DNA from: Enterococcus phage vB_OCPT_CCS1
Sequence record: ON113170.1
Direction: 5' to 3' (one strand)
Length of the DNA: 64,000 nucleotides
The translations under genes were made by a program, and so were the position numbers. Each line of letters begins with the position of its first letter. Position 1 is the stretch's first letter. Positions 29,423 to 38,849 of this stretch are shown here, piece after piece. The notes under the pieces are model-generated. The model had not been told where the DNA came from. It worked only from the letters and a program-made list of their open reading frames with translations, and did not search any database.

Positions 29423-30070
29423 ATGAGCACACATGAGGAATTACGTGAACTTGGTTTAGTTGACGAACAAGGTAGCTTAAAGATAGAAGCTAGAAAAACA
29501 ATGGAAACTCCGTTACAAGCACTAGCTGATTTATTAAACGATAAGGTATCCAGTGATTCTGGGGTATACGTAAGCGACTGCTTTCAAAGTGTTATGATTC
29601 GGGAGGAAAGACCTTATCGAGTAGTTAAGGGGTTGCATGATATTCCTACGTTGGTATTTTCGGGAACAGTTTATCCATTAGACAGATTAACATGTTATCC
29701 AGACATTCATAATATTAACTATCAGGATGTAAGTTTATTTAAACCTGTTAAAGAGGAACATGTAGACCAAGTAATTTTCATGGTACAACACCTTTATAAT
29801 TTGAACAATAGAAACAACAATTTGTATATGCAGTTTAAGAGATACCAATGTGGAAAAGTTACCTATGAAGAAATAATGAACACACTTAAGTCTAATATGG
29901 AGTTCTGGTCTGTACCTAATTATGTAGAATCATTAGTTGAAGAGTATTATGTGAACCCACATCTATTCGATGTTAAAACACCTGTAGAACAACTAATTGA
30001 ACAAGTAGAACTTATTGAGTCTAGACGTAAACGTGTTAAAGAAAGGGATGACGAGAGTACCCATGACTGA
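29423..30070 (+). CDS. hypothetical protein
   Basis: ATG at 29423 after AAGGGTGAGTAAT. Confidence 0.45.
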   Translation: MSTHEELRELGLVDEQGSLKIEARKTMETPLQALADLLNDKVSSDSGVYVSDCFQSVMIREERPYRVVKGLHDIPTLVFSGTVYPLDRLTCYPDIHNINYQDVSLFKPVKEEHVDQVIFMVQHLYNLNNRNNNLYMQFKRYQCGKVTYEEIMNTLKSNMEFWSVPNYVESLVEEYYVNPHLFDVKTPVEQLIEQVELIESRRKRVKERDDESTHD

Positions 30071-30740
30071 TTACAGTGCAGTAGGAAGAAAGTCAAAATC
30101 TAAAGGTGCTCGGTTTGAACTAGAAACAGCTAAAAATTTATCTAAGTGGTGGGGACATGACTTTCACCGTGTCCCTGCTTCTGGTGGCTTACATTGGAAA
30201 GGGAGTAACAATGTTGTTGGAGATATTGTAGCTCCTATAGAGGCAGGATTTCCTTTTGTTGTTGAATGTAAAAACCGTGAAGAATGGACTATAGAAAACT
30301 TATTCCTCAATAATAAAGAAATAAAAAATTGGTGGGCACAGGTTGTTGGTGATGCTAAAGAATCTGGTAAGATTCCTATGCTTATCTTTACCCGTAATCG
30401 TGCTAAAACTTTTGTGATGATGGCTTACAACGAAGACCTCATCAAAGAAATTGAAGACCGTGGTTATCCTCTTATGGTCTCTAATGTAGAATATGTAGAC
30501 GGGTATAAAGATACCCATTGTTATAAAACATTTACTACTGTGTTAGAAGCTATTACAAGCTTTAAACCTCGTAAGAGCCAAGGGGAAGAACATCTACTTC
30601 ATTATTTTAACCCAAAAGAGTATGATTGGCAAAAATCTGGTCTTGTCAGAGAAACAAAAAAAATGGAAGAAGCAAAACAACTTGATGTTGAGGAGTCTTT
30701 GGACTTACTTGTTAATTCCTATTTAGAAGGAGAAAAATAA
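30063..30740 (+). CDS. PD-(D/E)xK nuclease, Holliday-junction-resolvase-like
   Basis: GARFELETAK...GDIVAPIEAGFPFVVECKNRE (E, D and ExK triad) in the N-terminal 100 aa. Confidence 0.5.
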   Translation: MTDYSAVGRKSKSKGARFELETAKNLSKWWGHDFHRVPASGGLHWKGSNNVVGDIVAPIEAGFPFVVECKNREEWTIENLFLNNKEIKNWWAQVVGDAKESGKIPMLIFTRNRAKTFVMMAYNEDLIKEIEDRGYPLMVSNVEYVDGYKDTHCYKTFTTVLEAITSFKPRKSQGEEHLLHYFNPKEYDWQKSGLVRETKKMEEAKQLDVEESLDLLVNSYLEGEK

Positions 30741-31105
30741 TGGCAGAAATAAACTTTCCAGAAGCGATTAAAACCTACTATTCTTACTTACGTGTTCCTG
30801 ATTTAAAAGAACAAGTATCTAGTATCTCTATTGATTTTGTAGAGAACTGGACAGGTCAAGAAGAACGGTATGTACTTGATACGCTCACTTCTGAAATTAA
30901 GCCTCGTTTATATAGCTTAGAAACAGCGTATATCATTGAGGACTTTTCACTACCGGAAAAAGAAGCTGACGTAAACGTAGATGAATTGAGCAAAGAAGTA
31001 GCAGAGTTCTTTAAAAAAGCATCTACAGACTTGAAAGAAGCAATTGAGGCATCTAATGACAATCAACCAAGTCATTCAGAAGATACTGAACCGATTAACG
31101 ATTGA
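30740..31105 (+). CDS. hypothetical acidic protein
   Basis: Start overlaps the previous stop (TAATGG). Confidence 0.45.
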   Translation: MAEINFPEAIKTYYSYLRVPDLKEQVSSISIDFVENWTGQEERYVLDTLTSEIKPRLYSLETAYIIEDFSLPEKEADVNVDELSKEVAEFFKKASTDLKEAIEASNDNQPSHSEDTEPIND

Positions 31106-31265
31106 CCAATTAGAAGTCACTCCTGCGATGGTAGATATTGTTCTCGAATATCTACCCGCAGGATTGCTTTTAACAGCCAATAACGAGGGTTGGGATGCGG
31201 TAGAGCCTGACCTGCAAGAAGTGGTTATTTCCAATTTGGAAAAAATGAGAGGAGCATCTAAATGA
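31056..31265 (+). CDS. hypothetical small protein
   Basis: ATG at 31056 after GAGG. The tool's TTG at 31044 is less likely. Confidence 0.35.
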   Translation: MTINQVIQKILNRLTIDQLEVTPAMVDIVLEYLPAGLLLTANNEGWDAVEPDLQEVVISNLEKMRGASK

Positions 31266-31684
31266 TTGAATCAAGTAATGTAAATCATCCAAAACACTAT
31301 ACACAGGGAGGCACAGAAGTAATTGACGTTATTGAATACCTAACTTCTAAGTATCCCCCATCAATTCGTTACTCATTAGGCAACGTGATTAAATATGTTT
31401 GTCGTGCACCGTACAAAGGAAAAGAGGAAGAAGACTTAAATAAGGGTCATTGGTACTTGAATCGCAGTCAGTCAGATATTACTGCAAGCGTAAGTAAAAC
31501 TACGTGTTCTATTCCTACTTTTGACATGGAAGCTTTCATCCAAGATACTGCAAAAGGCTATCGTGAAGAACAGCAACCATTCTTTAAATCCATTATGTAC
31601 ATGTTGGACGATACAGAAGGCACTCCTGTGTTCCGAATATTAAAACTTGTTGAGCGTGACCTTAAGGCTCTTAAAATTGCATAG
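31262..31684 (+). CDS. DUF3310-like phage protein
   Basis: N-terminal NHPKHYTQGGTEVIDVIE resembles the conserved DUF3310 opening motif. Confidence 0.45.
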   Translation: MIESSNVNHPKHYTQGGTEVIDVIEYLTSKYPPSIRYSLGNVIKYVCRAPYKGKEEEDLNKGHWYLNRSQSDITASVSKTTCSIPTFDMEAFIQDTAKGYREEQQPFFKSIMYMLDDTEGTPVFRILKLVERDLKALKIA

Positions 31685-31789
31685 TTACTACTAGGTAGTA
31701 CAGAGTTTTACTCCTTTTGCTTGTAAGGCGTTCCTGTCAGTTATGTTATAATAGAGATAGGAAAACTAAATAGCAAAAGGAGTTTAATT

Positions 31790-32584
31790 ATGAGTAGCAC
31801 ACCTCGAGTAAAGCGGTTAAATATCTATAATACCGACCGACACTTTAATATAAACTTAATGAAACGTGAAGACATTGCAAGTAAAATTAAAGTGAATCGG
31901 TTAAATGAAAAAGAAATTGAAAAAGAGATGGACGAATTAAGCAAAGTATCGGTTGTCACACCAGTTTGGACAATGAACATGAAGAATGAAAAGTCCTATC
32001 TCCTATACCAAGAAAAATATACAAATGATACATTGATACAGAAATTATTTAAACATGCAGGGTCTGTTTCTTACTATACAGATACAATTGTACCTTACTA
32101 TGTTATTGAACAGATTGCTAAAAATCTAACAAGTGAAGTAATTTATCCAACAAAACCTAAATATGAAAATAGAGAGATTGAAAATATCCAGCTAGCATTT
32201 ACGGCTTGTCCTGTAACCATTGATTGTCCGGTAGTTATTCCAGATGTTAGTCCTTATGACGTTTTATTTGCTTTACACCCCTTAAAAACAAGTGTAGACA
32301 AAGTACAAATTTCATTTCCGTGGCTGTCAGAATCAGAAATATCTGACAGACATAGACGTTATTATCATAAGGTTGGAGACCATTATGAGGTTAAAGCAAA
32401 ATATAAATATCAATTCTTTAAATATGTCCAGACCTCACTATCCATCTGGGCTATGAACATTTGGATTGTTTGTGATAGTGATGAGGATTTTGCCAATGTC
32501 GATTACTATGTACAAAAAGAAAAAAATAAAAGAAACGTCAATAGAGAACGTGCTCTCCAACGAAAGGAGAAGTCCGATGAGTAA
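31790..32584 (+). CDS. hypothetical protein (264 aa)
   Basis: ATG after AAAAGGAGTTTAATT. Confidence 0.45.
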   Translation: MSSTPRVKRLNIYNTDRHFNINLMKREDIASKIKVNRLNEKEIEKEMDELSKVSVVTPVWTMNMKNEKSYLLYQEKYTNDTLIQKLFKHAGSVSYYTDTIVPYYVIEQIAKNLTSEVIYPTKPKYENREIENIQLAFTACPVTIDCPVVIPDVSPYDVLFALHPLKTSVDKVQISFPWLSESEISDRHRRYYHKVGDHYEVKAKYKYQFFKYVQTSLSIWAMNIWIVCDSDEDFANVDYYVQKEKNKRNVNRERALQRKEKSDE

Positions 32585-32888
32585 AGATAAAACAATGAAC
32601 CGGACTGATGTTGCACGTGCCATCTCTCAATATACAGGTTATCGTATGAAAGACGTGTTAGCTATCTTACAAATGGAAGACGAAGTTATCACACAAGCAA
32701 TTTCACAAGGAATATCAATTAAAAACCATAAATTATGGAAATTGAATATTAAGAAAAAACCTGAGAAGGTCGCATGGGATGGCATTTCTAAGAAGACGTT
32801 TATTCAACCAGAAAAATATGTAGTTAAGTTTGTGCCACTTTCTAGGTTAAAAGAAGCTATAGATACTTACAACGAAGAGAATGATTAG
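32577..32888 (+). CDS. HU/IHF-family (TF1-like) DNA-binding protein
   Basis: MNRTDVARAISQYTGYRMKDVLAIL...ISIKNHKLWKLNIKKKPEKVAWDGISKKTFIQPEKYVVKFVPLSRLKEAI matches HU topology (N-terminal helices, long beta-arm, C-terminal helix). The ATG at 32577 overlaps the upstream stop. Confidence 0.5.
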   Translation: MSKDKTMNRTDVARAISQYTGYRMKDVLAILQMEDEVITQAISQGISIKNHKLWKLNIKKKPEKVAWDGISKKTFIQPEKYVVKFVPLSRLKEAIDTYNEEND

Positions 32889-32904
32889 TCATTCTCTTTT
32901 TTTT
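32876..32904 (+). terminator. rho-independent terminator
   Basis: AGAGAATGA-TTAG-TCATTCTCT followed by TTTTTTTTG. Overlaps the HU-like stop codon. Confidence 0.65.
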
Positions 32905-32908
32905 GTCC

Positions 32909-32936
32909 TTGACATACCTTACAAAAATGCTATACT
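32909..32936 (+). promoter_or_regulatory. sigma-A-type promoter
   Basis: TTGACA-16-TATACT. Confidence 0.5.
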
Positions 32937-32969
32937 GAAATAGTAGAATTACAGAAGGGGGAAGAGAGC

Positions 32970-33809
32970 TTGAAAATACTGTTCTTACAAGATTATATCA
33001 GAGAGACCCATGTACATAACAGTCAGAATGGACAATATGTAGACTATAAACGTACTGACATGGGTAAAAAGCTTACAAGTTTACTTAACGACATAGGTCT
33101 AACAGGTCGTGATTACATGATTGACTACGACTATGACCTAATTCCTGAACCACAGAAGGTAAATACTAAAACAGGTAAAGTTATTAAATACAAGGAGCCT
33201 GTATTAAAACTCCGGAAAGAACCTGAAAAACGTCTATTAAAACGATTAATGAAAACAAAACCAGACATCATTATTCCTATGGGAGGAATGGGATGTAAGA
33301 ACTTATTGAATAGTACTTCTATTACGAAAGCACGTGGTGTTCCTGTACAAAAAACAATCACTGATGAAGAAACAGGAGAGTTTTTTGATACATGGATTCT
33401 ACCAATGTTTAGTATGGAATACCTGTCAATGAATCCTAATATTGAGAACTTGGTTAAAGCAGACATTTCTACTTTATCTCGTTTTATTGCAGAGGGCGCA
33501 CAAGCATTCGAGCCAAAGAAAGTCGAATATGAGCTTGTTATGACAATTGAACGAGTGAAACAAATCTTTGAGTTCTTGTCTCGGTTTAAACCTCTTACTG
33601 CATGGGACTTGGAAACAAACAGTCTACGTGGAGATGTATTGGGTGCGAAACCACTAGTTATGTCTCTTAGTTGGGAAGAGGGACAAGGTGTTACGATTCC
33701 CTTAGAACATCATGAATCCCCTTGGAATGAAGAAGATTTAGCTATTGTATACAATCATTTACAAGCTTTTGTAGCTGATGCACAGCAACCAAAGGTAGGA
33801 CACAACATT
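32970..33809 (+). CDS. DNA polymerase (family A) exon 1: N-terminal domain plus 3'-5' exonuclease motifs Exo I and the start of Exo II
   Basis: TTG start after GGGGGAAGAGAGC. Exo I AWDLETNSL. Ends ...KVGHNI immediately before an in-frame stop, i.e. midway through Exo II. Confidence 0.7.
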
Positions 33810-34540
33810 TAACAACATGGGTGTTGTAAAATCCCTCTCATATCGGTGAACGCTAAGGGAGAAATCCTATGCCAATACCGAGCCTACATTAACGGTGACG
33901 TTAGATGGGGTGTAGAGACTGAGCCGAGTCCTTGCAGGACAAGGTGAGAAGTGGTGTATCATGACAGAAAGGTTGTGATACTATGAAGAAATGTAAAGTA
34001 TGCGGAAAAGAAAAGGATTTAGACCAATACTACACATATAAAAAATATGGCAAAACCTATATCAATGGTAAGTGCAAAGTGTGTACTCTAGCTCAAAACA
34101 AGAAATATAGAGATACTACTGGTTATGACAGAGCACGTTACCAAAAAGATAAGGAAAAAATTAGACAACTACAAAGAGAGTACAGTAAAACAGAGGAAGG
34201 GCGTAAAGCTCGACTAGAAGCTTCAAGACGTTATCGAGAATCAGAACACGGTAAACTTAAGCAGAAAGCACGAGCAGTAGTTAACCATGCAATTAGAGAT
34301 GGTAAGCTAATTAAGCCAGAAACCTGTATGGATTGTGGTAGAAGCACTCAGTTAGAGGCACACCATAAAGATTACAACAAGCCCTTAGATGTAGATTGGA
34401 TTTGTAAAAATTGTCATGAAAATAGACACCACTTAAATGAGGGAAGTACATCTGAGTAGGTACCTGCAAGCAAACCTACTGAATTACCACAGGTGTACTA
34501 AGGTATAGTCCACTCCTTTAGGAAACTAGAGGGTACAGTG
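33810..34540 (+). mobile_element. group I intron interrupting the DNA polymerase gene
   Basis: Exon 1 ACAACATT pairs with the intron guide sequence GGTGTTGT (33820-33827), with a U-G wobble at the 5' splice site. The intron ends in G at 34540. Splicing joins GHNI+QFDIRFL, restoring Exo II. CTTGCAGG (33935) pairs with CCTGCAAG (34465), bracketing the HNH ORF. Confidence 0.6.
33983..34459 (+). CDS. intron-encoded HNH homing endonuclease
   Basis: CKVCGKEKDLD...CKVCTL zinc finger and HNH core CMDCGRSTQLEAHHKDYNKPLDVDWICKNCHENRHH. Confidence 0.7.
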   Translation: MKKCKVCGKEKDLDQYYTYKKYGKTYINGKCKVCTLAQNKKYRDTTGYDRARYQKDKEKIRQLQREYSKTEEGRKARLEASRRYRESEHGKLKQKARAVVNHAIRDGKLIKPETCMDCGRSTQLEAHHKDYNKPLDVDWICKNCHENRHHLNEGSTSE

Positions 34541-36727
34541 CAATTTGATATTCGTTTCTTAATGAACACAAAAGGGTTTGCTTATTTTGAGAATAACCGT
34601 GATACATTGATTGGGTACTACTTAATCGTAGCACAGAAAATTGAAAGCTCTAAACGTTTGTCAGACCTTGCTTATGAATTAACTGATATGGGCGGTTATG
34701 ATAACCCGTTAGAAGACTATAAGAAGAAATACAAGGAAGACTACATTGCTCGTAAGAAAGCTGAAATTGATGAGTTAAAAGCTTCTGAGAAAGCACGTGT
34801 AGAGAAGGAATACAAACTAGCACAGGCTAAATACAAAGAAGAAGTGGCAAAAGCTAAGAAATTAGGTAAGTCTACTAAATCAATTTTGAAACCTGTAAAA
34901 GAAAAAGTAGTTGTTCCTTCTAAGACAGAAGTTAAAACTGTGAATGAAATTGATGGAGGGGACTTTAACTATGATTGGATTCCATTAGAAATTATGCACC
35001 CATACGCAAGTGGAGATACAGATTGTTGCTTACGTATTTATAACGTACTATACCAACGAATTGCTCCTCATGAAAAGATTCTAGCTCTTTGGACAGACTT
35101 CTATCCTAAACTTACACGGACACTTGCTCATCTAGAAGCAGAAGGTATCTTCGTTGATAAAGAATATGCGAAAGTTCTTGAAAAGGTATATGCAGAAGAG
35201 GAAGAACGTCTTATTGAAGAACTACGTAAGTTCCCCGCTGTTAAAGAGTTAGAAGCAGAGCACATGGCACTCTATAAAGCAGGTCTAGAAGAATGGAAGA
35301 AACCCAAGTCAGAACGAGACGAAGAGGTTGCTAAACTTCGTGATAAATATAAGATTTCTGATAAGGAAAACAAAGTTAAGTTCAATCCCGGCTCTGCTGT
35401 CCATAAAGGAAAAGTTCTTTATAAGATTCTTGGTCTAACATTACCTTATGACAAAGAGTCCATTAAAGAAAAACCTTTTGATAATGGTGTTCCTGAAAAT
35501 GAATTAACTTGGGAAGACTACAAGACAGATAAACATGCTTTGGGCTATATCGCAGAGCACAATGAAGATGCAAAAGAATTAGCAGAAATGCTACTGGAAT
35601 ACTCTAAAGTAAACACCTTGAAGAACAACTTTGCTCAGAAACTTCCGTTACTAGCTTCAAACAAAGATGGAAAAGTACATGGTTCGTTCAAGATTACTGG
35701 TACAGAAACAAGCCGTTTATCTTCTAAAGAACCTAATATGCAACAAGTACCATCTAAAGTTGGAGACCCTAAACGTTTTGACTATACGTACCCAATTAAG
35801 CGTATGTTTAAAACAAGCTTTGAAAACGGAGCTTTATTACAGCTCGACTACTCAGCCCTAGAAATGCGTATTCTAGCTTTAGTAGCCGGAGACGAAGCTA
35901 TGACCCAAGCTTTCTTAGATGGAGAGGACTTACACAAATCAACCGCTTCTATTGTTTGGAAAGTACCTGTATCAGAAGTATCTAAGGATATGCGTAAGAA
36001 TGCTAAGAGTGTTAACTTTGGTATTGCTTATGGGGAAACACCTTTCTCTATTGCTCCTAAATTAGGTGTAACACCCGAGGAAGCTGAACGTATTTTTGAA
36101 GACTACTTTGCAAATAAACCACGTATTAAATCCTTTATTGATGAAACACATGAGTTTGTTAAAGAAAACGGATATGTAGATACCTTACAAGGACATCGTA
36201 GATTAATTCGTGATGCGTTCTCTAAAGACCGTAACACATTCAATGGCGCTTTACGTAAATCAGTAAACACAATCATTCAAGGAACTGGTGCATATTTAAC
36301 AAACATGTCTCTGGTGTATATTGACGATTATCTAAGAACTAAAGGTATGAAGTCTCGTATTGCTATTACAGTACATGACTCCATTGTAATTGATTGTCCT
36401 CGTGAAGAAGTAGACGAAGTAGCAAAAGTAGCTTGTTTTATCATGGAAAACCTACCGATTGATTTCTTAACAATTAATTGGAAAGGGGAACAAATGCGAT
36501 TTCCTATTGTAGCCGATGTAGAAATCGGGGAAAACTACAATGACATGGTAGACTATGATGCAGACGAAGTGAACAAATTTGCTTCTTATAAAGGATATGT
36601 TAAGTATTACAAAGACCAAGCTAAATTTGAGGACTATAAGAACGCAGGTATGATTAGTGAGGAACAAATGGAAGTCGGTATTAATGCAGTTAAGGCTTCT
36701 ATAGAACAGTACAAACTAATTGTGTAA
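34541..36727 (+). CDS. DNA polymerase (family A) exon 2: rest of the exonuclease domain plus polymerase domain
   Basis: Begins QFDIRFL (Exo II). Pol motif A LLQLDYSALEMRILAL, motif B KSVNFGIAYG, motif C VHDSIVIDC. Confidence 0.8.
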   Translation, partial: QFDIRFLMNTKGFAYFENNRDTLIGYYLIVAQKIESSKRLSDLAYELTDMGGYDNPLEDYKKKYKEDYIARKKAEIDELKASEKARVEKEYKLAQAKYKEEVAKAKKLGKSTKSILKPVKEKVVVPSKTEVKTVNEIDGGDFNYDWIPLEIMHPYASGDTDCCLRIYNVLYQRIAPHEKILALWTDFYPKLTRTLAHLEAEGIFVDKEYAKVLEKVYAEEEERLIEELRKFPAVKELEAEHMALYKAGLEEWKKPKSERDEEVAKLRDKYKISDKENKVKFNPGSAVHKGKVLYKILGLTLPYDKESIKEKPFDNGVPENELTWEDYKTDKHALGYIAEHNEDAKELAEMLLEYSKVNTLKNNFAQKLPLLASNKDGKVHGSFKITGTETSRLSSKEPNMQQVPSKVGDPKRFDYTYPIKRMFKTSFENGALLQLDYSALEMRILALVAGDEAMTQAFLDGEDLHKSTASIVWKVPVSEVSKDMRKNAKSVNFGIAYGETPFSIAPKLGVTPEEAERIFEDYFANKPRIKSFIDETHEFVKENGYVDTLQGHRRLIRDAFSKDRNTFNGALRKSVNTIIQGTGAYLTNMSLVYIDDYLRTKGMKSRIAITVHDSIVIDCPREEVDEVAKVACFIMENLPIDFLTINWKGEQMRFPIVADVEIGENYNDMVDYDADEVNKFASYKGYVKYYKDQAKFEDYKNAGMISEEQMEVGINAVKASIEQYKLIV

Positions 36728-36764
36728 GTCTTACAAGTTTATTTAAAAAAGTTACAAAATGATG

Positions 36765-36793
36765 TTGCCCTAACTTGTAATGTGTGCTATAAT
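36765..36793 (+). promoter_or_regulatory. candidate promoter with extended -10
   Basis: TTGCCC-17-TATAAT preceded by TGTGC. Flanked by the ACAAGTT/AACTTGT inverted repeat. Confidence 0.4.
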
Positions 36794-36849
36794 AATAGAG
36801 CAGACAGGTTAGGGAATGTCTGTAATACCGGAAAGGAGAATAAGACAGT

Positions 36850-37380
36850 GTGCTAGACTTACGAGTGAACGACCTTGAATTTCGTAAGATACGAGTTACC
36901 GATGAGAACGGTGAAACAATTGTGTTTGACCTTACAGAGGAACTACAGGTAAACGAGTTTAGTGTACGCCAAGCGTTCTTAGAACAACCGGCTAAATACA
37001 CGTATTGGACTTCTTTACTTGAACGCTTACGAATGTACCAAGAAAACTACGAGTTACAAGCTGAGAAGCGTAAAGCAGAACTGTATGAGCCTTCTAGAAA
37101 GTCTTTGATTGAGCAAGGGGTAACTAAGCCAACAAAAGACCAAATAGAAGCACAGATTATGCTTGACGAACAGTATTATGCTCTGAGACAGAACATAATC
37201 AGTTTAACATTTAATGTTAGACAAGTGCAATATGTAGTAAAAGCCTTTGAACAAAGGAAAGACATGTTGATTCAGTATGGTGCAGACTTACGGAGGGATT
37301 TCGAGTATAGCCAGAAAGTGTCTATGCCAGACCCACTAAAAGGTCAAAGGACAAGTTATAGCAATCCATATAACACATAA
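36850..37380 (+). CDS. hypothetical protein (176 aa)
   Basis: GTG start after GGAAAGGAGAATAAGACA. Confidence 0.45.
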   Translation: MLDLRVNDLEFRKIRVTDENGETIVFDLTEELQVNEFSVRQAFLEQPAKYTYWTSLLERLRMYQENYELQAEKRKAELYEPSRKSLIEQGVTKPTKDQIEAQIMLDEQYYALRQNIISLTFNVRQVQYVVKAFEQRKDMLIQYGADLRRDFEYSQKVSMPDPLKGQRTSYSNPYNT

Positions 37381-37452
37381 CCTTAGAACCTAGTTGAACA
37401 ACACATAATTCGAGAAACCAAAATAAAAAAACAAAAGAATGGAGAAATTAAA

Positions 37453-38769
37453 GTGAACTTTCAAGAACAATTAAAACAACAACTTGCCCAACAAAACCGA
37501 GGAGAACGTGCTGAGGTAGACTATCCTTCCAATCATCTTAAACATAAAGAGTTATTTATTCCAAAAGAAACTAATCACGTATTAGTTCGTATCTTACCTC
37601 CTAGTGTTTCTGGTGAGAACTACAACCAAATGGTTCGTGAAATCTTTTTACAAGCTCGTAACCAAAATGGTAAAGAACTAAAATTAAATGCTGTCTTATC
37701 TGCATTCCCTAACGTAGAAGACCCATTAGACCAAGCACTTATTAACTGGAATGCACAAAACCGTGTTCCTAACAAATGGAACAAGAACGCAACTCCAACT
37801 AAAAAGTATCTGGCTAATGTTATCCAATTGATTAAAGACCCACAAACAAATCAATACCGATATGAAACTGACGAGCAAGGAAACTTAATGATTCGTCTAT
37901 TTAAGCTATCACATTCAGCTTGTCAAGCAATCAATGCTAAACTAACTGATACTATGTTAACACCAAACTTTAGCCCTGATGTTCCTGATTCTGTTAAACA
38001 ATACAGCTTCATCTCATCTGCGGAAGCATTCCCAATCATGATTAGCAAACCTGCTAAAGGCTCTGGTCAAATGTCTTATGGCGTAGATGTTTATAGTAAC
38101 ATGCCTCTAGGAGCTTTACCACAAGGTTGGGAAACTCAACTAGAAGACTTAGCTTACCAAGCTACACCTTCATACAGTTACAATAAAGATTACATTGATT
38201 ACTTTATTGATGTAGTAAACGGTGTTGAACCTGTGAGCCAAGCACAAGGTGGACAACAAGCACAACCACAACAAGGTTACCAAGCTCCTGCAATGGGACA
38301 AGGCTTTGCTTCTGCTCCACAACAACCTGCTTACAACATGGCACAACCACAGCAACCAATGAATACTGGTTTTAACCAACAACCTGTAGCTCCAGTTCAA
38401 CCACAAGCTACAAACATGGGTACCCCTTCATTTGGTCAAACAAATATGGGAACAGCACCTACAATGAACGGTGGATTTGCACAAGCACCACAACAACCTG
38501 TACAACCTGCTCCAATTGCAGACCCTATGGGTTTTCAAATGCCAATGAATCAAGCACCAGTAACTGACCCATCTACTATTTCAGATGCTGATATGCCTTT
38601 TAACATGCAAGCAATGCCAGATGTAACACCGCAAGCAACAAGTGTTCCTGAGCAACCAGTAGTTGCAACTCCTGAACCACTACAACAAGCTCCTGTAGCA
38701 CCGGTAGAAACAGCTACAAATACTACTTTACCAGATGTTGATAGCTTGCTACAACAAATGCAAGGTTAG
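37453..38769 (+). CDS. DNA-binding protein candidate (possible SSB) with long Q/P-rich low-complexity C-terminal tail
   Basis: GTG start after ATGGAGAAATTAAA. The C-terminal ~180 aa are Gln/Pro/Ala-rich with a DADMPF segment resembling the SSB acidic tip. Sits between the polymerase and RecA-like genes. Confidence 0.35.
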   Translation: MNFQEQLKQQLAQQNRGERAEVDYPSNHLKHKELFIPKETNHVLVRILPPSVSGENYNQMVREIFLQARNQNGKELKLNAVLSAFPNVEDPLDQALINWNAQNRVPNKWNKNATPTKKYLANVIQLIKDPQTNQYRYETDEQGNLMIRLFKLSHSACQAINAKLTDTMLTPNFSPDVPDSVKQYSFISSAEAFPIMISKPAKGSGQMSYGVDVYSNMPLGALPQGWETQLEDLAYQATPSYSYNKDYIDYFIDVVNGVEPVSQAQGGQQAQPQQGYQAPAMGQGFASAPQQPAYNMAQPQQPMNTGFNQQPVAPVQPQATNMGTPSFGQTNMGTAPTMNGGFAQAPQQPVQPAPIADPMGFQMPMNQAPVTDPSTISDADMPFNMQAMPDVTPQATSVPEQPVVATPEPLQQAPVAPVETATNTTLPDVDSLLQQMQG

Positions 38770-38780
38770 TAATAGAGGGA

Positions 38781-38812
38781 CAGGGGGCTGAAATAGCCCC
38801 TTCTTCTATTTA
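38781..38812 (+). terminator. rho-independent terminator
   Basis: AGGGGGCTGAAATAGCCCCT followed by a T-rich tract. Confidence 0.65.
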
Positions 38813-38849
38813 AATTTGATATGTAATTCATTACTAGGAGGAACAAATC

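Noticed and set aside
31044-31265. TTG start at 31044 overlapping the upstream gene by 60 nt
   Set aside because: An in-frame ATG at 31056 with a GAGG RBS gives a simpler, minimally overlapping gene. The tool's start is probably an over-extension.
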